64,000 nt of DNA from assembly GCA_000934665.2 (NCBI GenBank), contig KZ538072.1:62001-126000 (forward strand), written 5' to 3'. This document shows positions 35,407 to 50,441 of the stretch, piece after piece (within the stretch, counting starts at the first letter, position 1; each line of letters begins with the position of its first letter). Under the pieces are notes generated by a model, which saw nothing but the letters and a program-made list of their open reading frames with translations, was not told the origin of the DNA and did not search any database. The DNA comes from Catajapyx aquilonaris (taxonomy: Eukaryota). Made by a program: the position numbers and the translations under genes.

Positions 35407-38400
35407 TTGGAATTCAGTATCGCATACAGTCGCTAGAATCATCATATTTTTTTACTCGCAAACTTTCAAAATCTGAAGTGTATGATAGCGATTGCAATCA
35501 GAATCCGCCATTAGCCAAAGTAACAGAGCAGAAAAATCAGGCAAGAGTTTCCTCCCACATATCATTAATTATAAATTAGGGCACGCATCCAGATATGCCC
35601 ACAATTTTTGCATTACACATTTTTTTATTATTTACACTCCATGAATGTCATATTGGGGGTCAGGCAGAATGAATGTGTCCAAAATTGTATAGAGTTATCG
35701 TTTCATGCATGAATGCAAGGCGGAGTATGGCACGGTATGTCTGAATAGCCGATTAATTACCAAGATCTCTCGGGGGGCCTCCACGGAGAAGTCGTCTGCT
35801 GACACAACGACCACCACTCTTGAGATTTAAACTATCCTCCAACATCATGGAAACAAAATTTCGACCCAACATTTGGGGGCCAAACTTTGGCCTTGGCTAG
35901 GATTTATGACGGCTTCGATGAAGGTACCCCCAGTATCGAGAACTTGCCTTCTTCAGGGGTCCCAACCACCTTTAAATTGTTTCCCCCCACCTCCTCCGCT
36001 CTTCGCACAACTTTGCAAAAACATCCCAGCGAGTGCTTTTCGATCGCCCTTTCAAAGCCAACTAAATCCTTCGAAACACCAAATTGCATTTTCGGTAAAC
36101 AGGCAAGTGCTCTTCGAACTTCCCTCCCCCTCTCCTATACCCTTTACCACCACCCCGACCCTACCGATGCACTAAGGTGCTCAGTATGAAGAACATTACA
36201 CTTTTATTGGCGCCCCCGGGTTTTCCGGGGCTCCTCCGTGACGAAAAAGCAAAGAAGTGATGGCGGCATTGGGAGGGGGTGCACTCAAGAGCCTAACAAC
36301 TCTCCCGTGACCCTATTACCTTCAGGTTGAGAAAGCTTACCACACCTATGTCTCCGTGTCAGGTCAGCGACAGTGCAAGACCAAGTAACGCGAATTTTTT
36401 TTACTAGTTTTGCATTTTGGCTGACTTTTTTATATATAGTATATAAAAATGGGGGTGTACTTACATTATACCCTGGGCTGTTGCCGGGGGAAGTTCAGGA
36501 GGAGCCTGTGGAACAAAGAAATACCATGGTCAAAATGGGGCTATAAATTACCATGGAAGCATGTGTTGGGATTGACCCTTTTGCACTCAGCATTTGTCCT
36601 TGTCATAATGAATCCATAGGAATTTATAAGCGGACATTTACCAGAACATATAGTGCTGGTGGCGGCAGAAGAGCGAATCGTAGCGCCACCAGTACGACAT
36701 CATTAATGTCCAAAACACACAAAGTGACCACGGTGGGAAAAACAAGTTAATCAGCATGTAAAAACAATAAGAATGTTGCATGCAACACAAAGACTAATTC
36801 CAGCCATGATTAGTAGTCGCCAACTTCTGCTCATTACTCTCATTATTTTTTTTTGTCTTTATTATTCAGCTGCCCTTCATTTACTTGCCAGAGCGGGGAA
36901 TTCTATTGCCTTTATTTCTAATTCCACCTCCCAGTATTTGCATCCCTGATTTAATAGAGCCTAGGGCCGGGTAGCAGCTGACTCTACTCGATTATTTTCA
37001 GCCAGCTCGTTAAAAAATATTTAGAGAACGAAAAAAAAACGCGTTACAAAAGCTAGTTGAGCATCTGCGGCCATTAGAGGCATAAGAAAAAAGCTGGAAG
37101 AAACATGCATGAAAGCGGCTGCATGAAAGCAAGATGGTTCCCTCGGGTTCTATGAAATGTTGTGAATCTATTTATGCTTTTTTTTAAAATTTAACAATTA
37201 AACCAGCTAGTGTTTCATGCTATCCAGCATTAAGTGAATTTTAATCTTGTCGTTCCTGTTTCATCTAGCATGAGGACTTGGGGAGGAAATAATTTTTTGG
37301 GAGGGTAGAAAGAGGAAATCTTCCTTACTTTTTTTTTCGTTTCATCCCCCCCTCTTGCACTAAGGATGAAATACAGGCGACAGTAATAGTGGTAGAGATG
37401 GGCGCGCTTTTACGGCCAAGACCATCATTTCCTTACTCGAGTTTCCTGATTACTTCTAGGGGGAGGACATGGAAAGAACTGGAGGGGTCCGCCCTTTTTA
37501 TTTTCTATGTATTTCTGTTTTTACTAACAGGAATGGTAAGTTCCGTTCCAACTGTTCCTTTTAACTGTCATGGCGAAAAAAAAGTAAGTTCTCTCCTGTT
37601 CAAGTAAAAAAAAAATCAACCTGGGTGGGATACGGTGGCAGTTAACGTTTTATGAAGACTATCAACTGGTCGCTAACACTTTCCATGAGGTTTCTCTTTG
37701 AAACTCTGTTGAGCAACAAACGGATTTTTTTGGGGGTTCGAGCTTGTTTGCCGTCAAGGCACTTCTAAGGTTGTATCGCAAGGCTACACCCGGACCTGAA
37801 CAATGCATTCTTCGTTGGGGTATCTATTGACCGGTGGCGATGACCTAGTGTGGTTGACACAATGTGGGTGTTTTTAGTGGTACAGAATCTGAACTGGGAT
37901 TAAGCATGAACGGAAGGATGCAATAACTCAGTGGGAATGACCTTCAAGTTTACCCTGGGCTGTCAGCTGTAACCGAAGGACTCGGACTGTTTGGCCCAGA
38001 AAGAACTCATATCTCACCCAGCAGTAAAAACAAGTCCAATTTATAAGAGTTTTAGATAGAATCAGGTGTTGTTAAGTACCTAACACTATTTAACCTTGTG
38101 TAATTTTGAATTTCTGTCATAGCCAACAGACTTCCTTGCGAATTTCAACATTTCGCATACCTTGGATCCGCTTCAGCCTATTTCGACTAAAATACAAATT
38201 AGCACAGACTGGGAGCATCGGATATCCCATGTACAAACATTAATGAACACATTGAAAATATTTTATAAGTAAAAAATCACTTTAAAATGGGTCATCGATA
38301 TCTCTTTCTTGCATATTATTTTTTCCTATAATTATTAGTTTTTTGTGCTCTATGGTTCACTATTACTTCGAGGCAGGTACCTTTAATGATGAATATTCAG

Positions 38401-41400
38401 TGACAAATCCGGACTATTGAGTTAAATTTACATGAATTAAACTCCTATCTAGTTTAATATAATTACGAATCCAATCATTGCAAAAGCGACAATTGGATTT
38501 AATTAAGGACTAAAAATGACCCCAACTTACTACATGTTGGGGAGTTATCTGGAATTACAATGTAGATTAACCTGATATTAGAACAAACACACAAAGTTAC
38601 CGTTGAGTCATTTTAATGGTCCTATATTTTCATTTCATTTTCTTCACTTTTTTCCCGTTTGAAAACTCTCTTGACGACTGACTCCTAGATATGGAAAATA
38701 ACGTTATGATTACCGTAACGACGTCGTGGTTGAGGGGTTATACTGCGCAGGTCGCAAACTGAACTTAATAATGACGAATCTAATATAGGCCTTTCCAAAA
38801 CTGTGCCAATGATTTACATTTAATTACACACTCATCTAGATAAATGTAAATACAAATGCACCCTGGCAAAATCGACATTTGGATTTAACTGCCGATTTAA
38901 AATGACCGTGTCACACTGCATGAGGAGTTTATCATGGACTACACAGTATAATCGGACAGGAAAGGATGAGGCACACACTCAACTGCCGGAATACCCAATA
39001 ATTCATTATCCAATCGCATCAGTCGCATAAACTACTGCCGTCTGTCGGTTTCGTCACCCTTTTCAGCTCCACAACAAAAGTGCACATATAACACATCAGT
39101 CCTGCAATGATCACCCTGATGATACCCCATCCCCAGCCATCATGCCCTCCCCAACCAAGTCCATCTGTGCTCCCTTGAAATGAGAGTAATTTCCGCAAGT
39201 TATTCCATTTAGATCCGACATGAAGATCCATTTAGATGAGCCGCACTCAGTACTGGATACGGTCGGACCAGCATGTGTCTCCGTCAACCTTTTCTGGCTC
39301 AATTATGGCGCTTCGGGGGTGGAGTCCGGTTGTAAATGCAGGGGACCATCCCCATGGTCATCCGCCGTTAGTAACGACTTCCCACGGACACCGATAAGAC
39401 TGGTCATCTCAAGCTAGTCCACAATATCCAATATTTCCTGAGTTGGCACATCCCCAAAGCGTCACACCCAAGAGTCCTAGTCTATTATTCCGGCACAGCT
39501 AGCCGATGTCTTGATTCGCCAGTTTAATCTCCACTCTCATTCCGCACCAACACAAGGGGGACAGGAAATCTCATTACCATTTGAATTAAAATATACATGT
39601 ATCCCAAATTCAAGCTGGGACTACTGGATTGGCATGCATACAAATTTTAGCATTACCTGGGAAAATTGAGAGCTCAACTTTTGAGGGCCGACCTTGTTTT
39701 TGCGGTGCTAATCATCTGAATAACTCATGGTTACAAGCAAGTTTACTCGCTAAACCTATCCACGTCTAAGCGTGAAAAATTGAGTAAACATATTGTTTTC
39801 AGCGAAATGGAAATAAAATGCCTCTCTGGCATGGCGAAAAAAAAAAAAAAACCTTTGTGAGCATGGAACCCCTTTTGCCACACACACCCACAGCTCAACA
39901 TGATTTTATTCCAGCCAACCACAGCACCAAAAGCGGGTTAGCCGCTCACTGTATATGCTCTCAAAATGTGTTCGTTTGTAAGCCGCGAAAAGGAGCATCT
40001 TTGGCCAAGTCCCTGGGTCACGGCATAATTCGCATGTTATGGACCAGCTGGTGTGCCAGTGTCAACACCAACCCCTGCCTTTAAAAAAATACAAGTATTC
40101 ACCTACCAATGTCATCCGTATTTTTTTGTCGTCGCCACTCCGCCTCGTTTGAGAGTCAGAATGTTGAACATCGCAGATGTGCCATCTACGTACCTGACTG
40201 TCATACCGGATGAGACCTACACCCTGTCAGATTTATCCTGCCCGATGCAACCAGGCATACTCCCCTTCCGATTTTTTTTTTCTTCTTCTTTGGTGTACCG
40301 CAATATAGCCATTATTTACGACTTGTAGCCCACAAGGGCAGGCTCGTGTCGATGTAAGCGAAGCAGTCAATTTCGAACACCCCACGAGGGCTACATGGAA
40401 GTTGCGAAACCGAATCCGGGGAGGAGACCCGTCAACGACAAGCCAATTATATGAGCTTCACTTTGGCTATTTGCGACACGGGGACCGGAAAGACTCGTGG
40501 AAAAATCGCAGGGGAAATCTTCCCCAAGACGTCTTACTTTCTTCTCTTCCACCCCCCCTCCCCCTACCCTATACCAGTCCTGCTTCCCCCTATCCCTAAG
40601 ACTATATTTGCAACAGCTGTGTTGGTAAAAATAGATATGGGTTTTGCCCCATCGCATCGGTATGAGCAGAATTTTCAACCCTGCACATACGCCCCTTTTC
40701 TCTTTTCCATGTCTGTGTGCACGACCTACTGGGTCACCGAGGGTCATACACTTGCCTCCAAAGTGCTCCAATCGGCCTCTCCAAAATTGTGTGGAAATAA
40801 AAGCGCGGTTGCGACTCATTACGGCGCTCATAATGGTCGGCGGAAAATGTTTTAAACGGCACCTCTACCCCACTGCTCCCCCATGCATATACACACTCTG
40901 TGTAACTTCAGAGAGCAGTTCATTTCACTCCGAATTAGCCAACGTCCAACTGCTCGAAAAGAGCATTTTTGGTTTGTCATCCTCGATACGCGGAGTTCAA
41001 AAAGGTACAGAATGCCTGTTCTTCAAACTTTTTTTTTTAGTGGGAGAAATATAGGAGGGGGGTCCCCAGGCATAGACCATTGTTGAATCTGGAGCATCCT
41101 TCATTCCAACGACTAATTAAAAGAGCAGGCCTCCCCACAAACTTTTGTGTGACTAAACCCGAACAAAATGGCTTAGAAAGTATATAGTCCAGCTATAAAG
41201 GTGAGCAGTCCGAAAAGCTCGTTCCAAGGACCGCGAAGAGCCGGCGTAAAGGTGGCGATATGCGGCACTTATCCAGATATGTATCGTAATAAAAAAAAAA
41301 TGTGAAGGCTTGCTACTGGCTGGGAATGGTCGACTATACTGGTATACGCTTCTTTCTCTTCCTGACACTTCCCAATAAAATTTCACCCCTTATACCTCGT

Positions 41401-44400
41401 TACCCAGTGGTACTAAACAAGGAGTCCCAAACAAGTGCAATCAAGTCCGAAGAGGGATTTGCTAATAGTGCAGTAAAATAGGTTTCATAGTAATCAGACC
41501 CGATGCTTGCAAGAGCTAGGCAAAGGCTCATAATTTCTCCTTGCAGATTGTGATTTTCTTCTTCTTCTTCTCTCTCTCTCTCTTCAGCCTACATGCTAAA
41601 TATCCGGAAGGCAACTTGGGGAAAGTTGAGACAATTAGGAAAATTAAGTGCTCAAGTTTTATAACCGAGCTCTGTCACGCTTTATGAGCGTATAGCCCAA
41701 AGTATGAAAATCGCTCTAAATGGTCAGAGAAGTTACTCCCGGAGTAGTACCATTAGCTATAAAACTGTCATCCGGACCTGACACACTTGCTGACCTTATG
41801 GTGTTCATCGGTGTCATAAACAGAGCTGGTTTTAATTCAATGGTCGTACCAAAGAAAATATCCAGTTCAGCCAATATTGCTAATTATAGGGTTTAACTAT
41901 TAAATAAATATTTTTGAATACTCTGGGCATCTGTGTAAATGTAGTGCAATCTGGACCTGTCCCAACATATACTGACCTAGAATCAATATGAATAGTTAAT
42001 GATATCTACATTGCAAAATAACTACCGTACGCGTTACAGTCACGCATCCGTGCATGGTCCGCAGCCTCTTTAGGTACATTTGACCTCTGCAACACCATTA
42101 TTTTTAGACACATTATTGTTTCATGCAATTCCACATCCGTGCTTGTTACCAACATGAATCAATACAGCCCAACAGTACATATCACTGTTGACCACTTTAC
42201 TCCAAAAAGCGAAACATTGCTGGTCCATCTCACGTCTAGTCAACAACTGATCCACGCTCCCCACCCACCCACTTTTTGTTGTTTTCCTCGTGGAGCACCA
42301 CAAACCTGGGAACCAAACAGTACTCAATGGGCCGGCAGAATGAATCGAGAAGAAAGTTTACAAGTGTACCCAACGGCTCTCGGCCTCAACCGGGTGCCAA
42401 CTCCGTAACCGATTACGAAGCCAGGTTGTGGCTTTATTTTTAGTCCCCAGCTAATTTTACTCCCATTCAACGGGGAAAGAAGCCGAAACAAACCCTCAAC
42501 CCTGCCAAAAATGCATCTTCATATGAATTGATTTTTAAAACATCGCCCTTTGAAATCAGCAGCCAATTCACCCACGCGGTCACATGTTTAGCGACGCCAT
42601 CTTTGGTACCCCTCAAAACCTGCAGGTCCAAAAAGTGAGCCACTGAATTATCCATGCCTGTTCCTACATCCGCTCGGTATTCTGATTCTAAATACAGCTC
42701 TCTCCGACTATAAACCCACGCTTCCGTGGGCCCAAACACTACCCAGACATTCATAGAGAAGAGACGCGAGTACAATGAAAGGAACAAAAAAAAAATGGCG
42801 CGAGTGACATGAGGGGGGGGATGGGGTTGAAATTTTATATAGTTCTTATCAGGAACGTTCCTTGCTGCTAGGTTCTTCTTTTCATGGTAGGACTGACTGT
42901 CAATCGATCTCTTGGGGGTTGCCTGGAACAAGATAAGGGCGCCAGACGGCATTGTTGAAGACGCTCTTCAGCCATCTTAGCTGACGTAGGACACCGGCAG
43001 TTCGGCCCGAAAACGGGGAGGTAAAAAAAAAAAACTGGAGAGCTGATACGACACAACAACCACGGTTAATCTGGGGCTGGCGGGGTTTGTTATTGAGTGC
43101 TAGGGACATGTCACACTCGAATATTCGATATCAGAACTTGTCTTATATTGTCGGCCGGCTCGGGATACAATAGCCTGTAAGTGGAGCGTAATCAGGCGTC
43201 TTCTTGCGAGGCTAATTACGGACGAGGCTTGACAAAAAATTAATTTCGCCACTTCATTAGAGCCGTTTAATAATTGATTGTCGGCTAAGATGCATAGTTG
43301 ATTAGGTAGCTAAAATAAGCACGACACGGAATGACAGTAACACTGCAGATTCTGCAGCGGGAACGTGGCGAATGCGGGTGTAAAGCAAATTTCGGGGCAG
43401 GTACAAGAACAGCTATTGTATTATTCTTCCCGTATGCACTGCGAAGGTTACCCACCAGCAGGTGGAAACTATCCAAATTACACCATTGTCATATTTCAAA
43501 CTCGCGTAAACAAAAGCCCGGATGTCTCTCAAGCCCATATCGTTCTAACACAAGAAACCACTTTAATAATGTGATCCTAGAAAAAGGTAAACTATAACCT
43601 CCAAACCAGATAAGACGTGTGGCTAATAAATTACTCCTATCACCAACTCAGCGTGGAATCTATTCACACCAGCTGCGGTAAGAACTACGCTCAGCTTTCC
43701 TCATCATACAGATAGTGACTGATAGTCACTTTAAACTATCCTTTTCCAGGAGTTTTGAAAATTTTCTTCAGCGCATTTTTTTTTTTACAGAATTGCATAT
43801 TTTACGGCAGTACAATAACCTTGCCAGCCCAACATCAAAATGTGTTGCTTCCGTTTCAGTTACTAAGAACGTTCCTCCTTGACCCGCGCTTCGTGTGGCA
43901 ACCAAAGGAGAACCCAAGTTGGCGAATCGGAACGCACTTCAAAAAATAAATAAAGAAAAAAAAATCTTTGCGCCTGCCGAATTCACCGCAAAACAAGAGA
44001 GGCACTTGGGTTGCTCAGTGTGCAGGATACACGCTTCGTCGCTCATCATGATAACGCAATCACCAGACAAGCACGGGGGAGTTTCCAGGCTGCTTCCATC
44101 CTTTTAGAATCAAGTTGTACCGTATTTTTGGAATGGGGAGTGTACAACTAACGAACACGTGCCAACTTAAGCATTTTTGGGGGGTTTATATGCAACCGCA
44201 GCAACTCTCACCTGGCAATAGACTAGGATCATATAACCTTAGTATAGTATGTAGTGTATTTAATGATTTAATTATTCAAAATAATTCCCTTCCAAATAGT
44301 AAATAATACGGATATGCAGTTTGGGATTCTGCTTGTCGAACATTTTCAACCTACCCGTCCGTGGCAGTTGATGCATTTTACGAATTTTGTAGGTACAGCA

Positions 44401-45783
44401 GCCGATAGGTGCTCCTGTAAAATATTTTGAACCAAGGCATCCAATACCAACGCTAATCACACATACGCCCGCAAAATTACAACCGTATCGAATACTCAAA
44501 CTGACCACTTTGTATGGTCCCTCCAATTTTTTCAACCATCTATCGACATGTCGCTCACATCGAATAGCAACTACGCCGTACACATCACATCTCCAGGGGA
44601 GGCAAAAGCCGTTTTCGTAATGACCATGCCGCAGAGATGAATCCGTCAAAGTGATGGTTTGGTGTGTCCCAAACATACACACACGCACACATGAGTTCGC
44701 CTGAAACTTGTTGGCGCGCATGTAGCGCATGATGACCGTCCCTGTTCTAATGAGGCATTTGCAAGGGGAGGCCGCCGTGTGACACTCCATCAAATTGCCG
44801 CCAGCAAGAAAATAGAGCTTCCGATGCTAAATAAACGCGAGCGGGGTTTGGGGGCTGGGAAACATCAAAGACTGGTCCCTGCACAGGGGCCGCTCCAGCT
44901 AATCAAGGAATGAATACATTCCCCAGTTGCACCTGGGATCCATCTAACGCCACGATATATATATATTTTTTTGCTCAAATTATTATTTTATAACCTCCAT
45001 GCTGTGATGTTCTGGCTCGTTATAATTAAGGCGAATGTCCCTCAAGATGTGACGCTGGCTGATTTTAACGCCGAAATGGAAAACCGGTCATGCCCCCTGC
45101 ACTTGCTGCTTCGAAGGACTTAGCACACAGATATGCACAGTTTTTAAACATAAAAAAATATACAACAATGCAGCATAACTCAGACTTAATGGCCGAGAAT
45201 TCGACTCTGCCCAAGACGTTTCTCCTTGCGTGCTATCGAGTGACAAGTCCCCACCTTGACCGGAAGAGGTGCATGCCTTCATTTCAGCGAGTGTTTCACA
45301 GAAATGTAATTAGATATTGAAAACTAGTAGTCAGATTATTTGCTCCAAGTGCTAGCTCTATCAATCACGTCACTCTCAGTCGGGCCCGCATAAATCATAT
45401 GCTCGACACCTATAGGGATAATCCTTCCAATTCCAAGTCTAAAAGCACGTGATGCTTCGGGGGCAAACCTTATATCCAATCAACAGTCGAGCCACGATTA
45501 GGTGGTACCGGTGGCTAAACCACCTCCACATTGGGAAAGCTGGTTCGTCTTTATTTTAAAAGCCATTACAGATAACGTATATGGTTGCTTGGATAAGCCT
45601 CAATTCACTCTTATTGGTATAAAAAAGAGGTAGCAGATTTAGTTTTCCCAGGCTTATCTTACAGTGTAAAGCGGTAATACCTTCAATACTGTATAGGAGT
45701 GGCAGCTCGACGTTTACTGTACAGGGCATTCCTCCTACCTTCTTAGAAGAGACGTTTTAGTTCGTCTTACAAATAGGACGATA

Positions 45784-46049
45784 TAGCCCGTTCTAACTCA
45801 TAATACCGCCTTATAACTTAATCCCACGCCATACACCAACCCAAACACGATAACTTTGGGCGATATGACATTGGAGTTTTCATGTTGTGCATTTAACACA
45901 TGGTATACCTCGGAATATTATCGTATGAATGACATGACAACTTTGCGCCTTCACGAGAGTCTTAGTGCCCTAAATTATCGCGTTTGGGTTGACAGTAGGA
46001 TTAAGATAAGGCGGTGGATCAGCGCTGTCTTATGGGCTCGAACGGGCTA
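45784..46049. mobile_element. Degenerate TA-flanked foldback MITE
   Basis: TA|TAGCCCGTTC...GAACGGGCTA|TA; collinear inverted blocks ACCGCCTTAT/ATAAGGCGGT, CTTAATCC/GGATTAAG, CAACCCAAAC(A/G)CGATAA/TTATCGCGTTTGGGTTG. Confidence 0.8.
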
Positions 46050-47703
46050 TACATTCTACGCGTATATGGTATCCGCGGTGTTTCCTAATGATTCAAACTT
46101 CTAGCATCGGGAACATAGGATCACTTTATGTAGAGGTGTCACTTTGGTCTCCGCAGCTTCGTTACTCAACTAATTAGAATTAATCACATTGTACATCATG
46201 CCATCTCCTATATCGCGGATGCAGCCTCAGCTACTGTCTGCTATATCGCAGTTTAAAATAAATGTTATAGCAATACTCTTCTTGCATTTTAAATTAACGA
46301 AGCCTGATTTTGTGCTAATTTTAAAAATATTAATATAGAACTTGCATAATGACTAACAACTGTCCTACATATAGGACATTTACTTCGAGCCCATTTTCTG
46401 AGTAACAAGTCTGCTGCATATCAACATAAAATGTGCCTACGAGTACTCTCATCCTAAGTGTGAATCATTATGAAACCTCTCCATGTGATAAACTCTAAAA
46501 TAGGTAGTTTTCCAGGTCCGATGGCTAATAGCCCCCTATTGCTTCTCCCATCCCCTGCTTCATTGTCCATAAGTTCGCATCTTGCGAGGTGGGGGAAACG
46601 CCCTCCCAAAGGAACCCTAGGCCACAAGATCGATACTGCAGGTCTATCGGTAATCGACACTTTTCCCTCCAAGGAAGCATAATGAAATCCAATAAATGAT
46701 CGAGTAAGTACTGATCGCATAGCATGATACACCGCGCTTTTCATTTCCTCCGAAACCTCCTGGCTCATTTGGGTATGTGTGGGGTGGTATAGCTGCCTAT
46801 ACACTTGGTCAGGGAGGACAAATAAGCGGTGTTCCAACTGAGCTACTCCACTCGGCACTGGGCGGTTAAGTTGAACCAGTAGATGCTCGCCAGCGCCATT
46901 AGGAGAGTGCAAATGGCCGCACAATTCCCCTCACTGCCCATCAGCGCTTGCCTCGCTTGTCACACAACTTGCCTAAATCCTCTCCATTGACTTGGAAAAA
47001 TGGCAATTAAAACCCTCAAGCCCGTCCGCGGAAAAGAGACTCCAATCACTTTTCAGCACCCGCAAATTCACTTTCTCTACCAATCCGAGCGGGTTACGTT
47101 AGCTCGCTTCTGTCTGTCGCTTTTTTTTCCCCTCGCTTCTCGCTTCCTTTTTAACACTTGCCTAATTGTTGCCACAGGCATTTTATCAACTGAGCTTTTT
47201 CTGCTAAATGTAACGTGACTTGAATCGGTGGGATAATTGCGATACTTTCATCCTGGGACTATGGCTATCTTCTTTAAGGATGATGGCATCGGACGTGTTG
47301 CAAGGACAAGAGTTGCTGGACCTACCACCTACGTTGTATGGTTAGCATATTGCTTTTTTATTTTATTATAAATATACCACAAAATGAAAAAATGTGTTCG
47401 CAATCTCGCAAAAATCGGTCGAAGCGAGAGCGTGAGCGAACACATTCTCGAACCCCATTGGTCCAATCGTTTACAGCAACTTCTGGAAATGGTTTATGGA
47501 TAGCCTGAATGCACTGAGAACGACAATGCTGAAGCTGCACCCTAAAAGTTGGTAAATATTTTATCATTCAGGCTATAATTACTTTGATTAAACTTTCAGT
47601 AGTGTTGCCAATGACCTTTTCCCATCAATGTGAAATATGTTTAAGCCATCAGCCACGTGGTGGCGATTGATTTCCGCCAGAGACCGCACTCTCTGCCTGT
47701 ATA

Positions 47704-47889
47704 CAGGGTGGTGATTGGCCGAAATTCACATATCCAGAGAAGGAAGAACGAGAAACTTTGAAATGTTGACTCTAGCAAGCACTCTGTTATTTTTGCAACA
47801 ATTTACAACCTGACATTGTTATTTCTTTTTTAACTGGCTTCTGGAGCAAACAAGCTTTGCACTGTGAACTTGAGCAGTGCACCGCCCTG
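47704..47889. mobile_element. Mariner-type MITE with ~27-bp degenerate TIRs
   Basis: TA|CAGGGTGGTG..AAATTCACA ... TGTGAACTT..CACCGCCCTG|TA. Confidence 0.7.
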
Positions 47890-48652
47890 TAGAGTTTCAT
47901 ATCGTCTAGTCTATCTAGTATATCGTCATATCTATCTGCTTTTTCATTCAATATCTTCCGGCAGGCTGACGATCAATTACAGTGCTGAAGGGGACAGAGG
48001 TTGACGTTTATTTTTTCCAGACTAGAATGATCTACTTGACAACAGTGTAAGTTTGCGTATAGTATAGCACTAGTAAACCCACACTAGTTGTACATGTTTA
48101 AATTGCGTTCTATAATAATATATGACCTTTGTTCCTCAACGGACTTGTAGTAAAATATTTAAAATAAAACATGTTTCTAAGACTAATATAGCCCACATTT
48201 GGTATATTTTAAAAGTTGCATCTTAAATATACAGTGTTTCTGGCATATGTATGGTCTGTGTTTTCGAGTATATCGTCAAAAACTATTCTTTGACCATGTC
48301 AGGCATGTCTGAAGGCTTGCAGGAGGTTCTTTCCAGTAACTGTAGGCGTGCTCTTGAAAGACTGTTCACTGTATCGCTCAAATTTCAAAGTAATAACATC
48401 AACTCCAGTGACCAGGAGTTCTAAACAAAAAGAGGCAAACTTCCTGTGGCTTGATATATTATGTACGCTGTTTATTTATATTGACAGCAAGCTTACGCTT
48501 TTGGAATTATTTTGAAATGAAAACGTTATTTTGCTGTTTCTAAGCACAATGTGACACATTAATTTCATTAAACTATAATTGATGTCAATTATGTTTGATG
48601 CGTTATTAGTACTTCACTTTTGAACAAATTCCCGTGAAAGTCTCGATTCATG

Positions 48653-48754
48653 ATTATTAAAACTGACAAAAGTGTATATTAATAATTAATGCTATTATAC
48701 ACTTTTGTCGGTTTTAATAATTATTATTAAAACCGACAAAAGTGTATAATAGCA
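48653..48754. repeat. Inverted triplication (forward-reverse-forward) containing a perfect 32-bp-arm palindrome
   Basis: 48690-48721 is the exact reverse complement of 48723-48754 (ATTATTAAAACCGACAAAAGTGTATAATAGCA); a third forward copy (25/26) lies at 48653-48678. Confidence 0.95.
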
Positions 48755-50441
48755 ACTGTGCATTAATTTTTAGTGCAGGCTATACATTCACAGAGATGGT
48801 TCAGATGCAGGCTTACCGCGAAACAAAAATATCTAGTTAAAAAAAACACTAGTTAGCGCCGACAGCTCATTTGCACGGCATCAGACTTGGCAAGAAAGTA
48901 GTTTTTATCTTTTGTCACACAACTCTCCACTATTATCCACACGAAATTCATGTCATACCCCGTTACCACACACAGCGAATTTCCGCTATAAAAAACCCCC
49001 CCTCCCTGCAAACTTTCATCCCCTTAAAATCTGCCCATTTTGCACTCTAATTAACACACCTAGTTTTTGCCTCGTCACTTATAAAATGTGCAACAGACAG
49101 TAAAATAACCCTATAGATTTACATCCATTTTTTCAGTTGATTTAACTCCTAATTAGAGTTTGAATCGGTTGAAATTTTGGGTAGTTCCTAGCTGACGTTG
49201 GCGACTTTGGACACGACACGTTGGCCAATTCCCCCAGCAACACCTCCCCTCCCTTCCACCCTGCCATCATTATGCCGCTCATTACGGAATTTCGTCCTCT
49301 CATGTACCTTCTTCCGTCACTTGAAATGCGAAGCGTGCGATAATTAGTTTGTCATACTGCGCACACACGGTACGTGTGGAAAGTCGGAGGCAGCGTTGTA
49401 ACAAAACATGCTCTCAAGCACGCCGGGTCGGATTCCATCTCTTTCCCCAAACACTTGGACACAATTCCATCAAGCCCACCCACCTCCCCAGTAACTGGTC
49501 CACCGCAACCCAACTGCATCCCAAGTAGCTGAGGCCTACTTCAAATTCCGATAACCTACGCCAGACCAGATGGATTTTTTATGTTCTGCATTTGATCGAG
49601 CGCTATGCCCACCCACCCCCAGCCCCATACCGCACACAACCACGGGGGTTCCCCCTCACCCGTACAACACTCACGTTGCATATACACGCCGAGTGTTTCA
49701 CGTCAATTTCCACTCCAATCCGTGATATTTTTCCGCTCGAGCTAGCTCTAGCCGTAAATATATTTAAAAAAAATAAAAAAGTAGTATAGCTCACATATAG
49801 AGGGCGAACACACTCCGGACAACACTCAAATTACGCCATAATTATGGACGGAATGTCCACTAGTTACATATATGTTAGAGACCACATTTATGGAACACAG
49901 AAGCCGGTTCCAATTTGTGAGTGGAAACTGTAGCAGTCATGTTAGGGGGTTTTAATATTACGCCACATAGGCCATTGTTCAATAGCAATATAACTAACAT
50001 CAAAGTTCAACGCTTCCAATACCCCGTCAGCCACAGACCACAGGCGGGACTTTGCTTAGAAACGTGCAAAATTACATGTCGTGGAAGCTGCACATAATTA
50101 TACTACAGGGCATCAATATTCCCCTTGGAACTAACAGAATGTACAGGGTATAGTTGGGAAGGTACACATTTCCTTTCAGGTATAGAACATTGCTAATTTA
50201 TCGGTTATTGACAATATTGGTTCCATTTTTGATGTCAAAAATGTAATATTAGTAGGGCTCTACAACATTAGCGGATTTTGTATATGAATTTCAATTTTTA
50301 CATTTCAAATAATATAAAAATAGTCTAAATAAATATAAATAAAAATAATCTTTAAAATAATAAATGACAACACAATAAAAATTAATCCTATGATAAAAAT
50401 TAATAAACATTAACAACAACATACTTAATAAAAATTAATAA

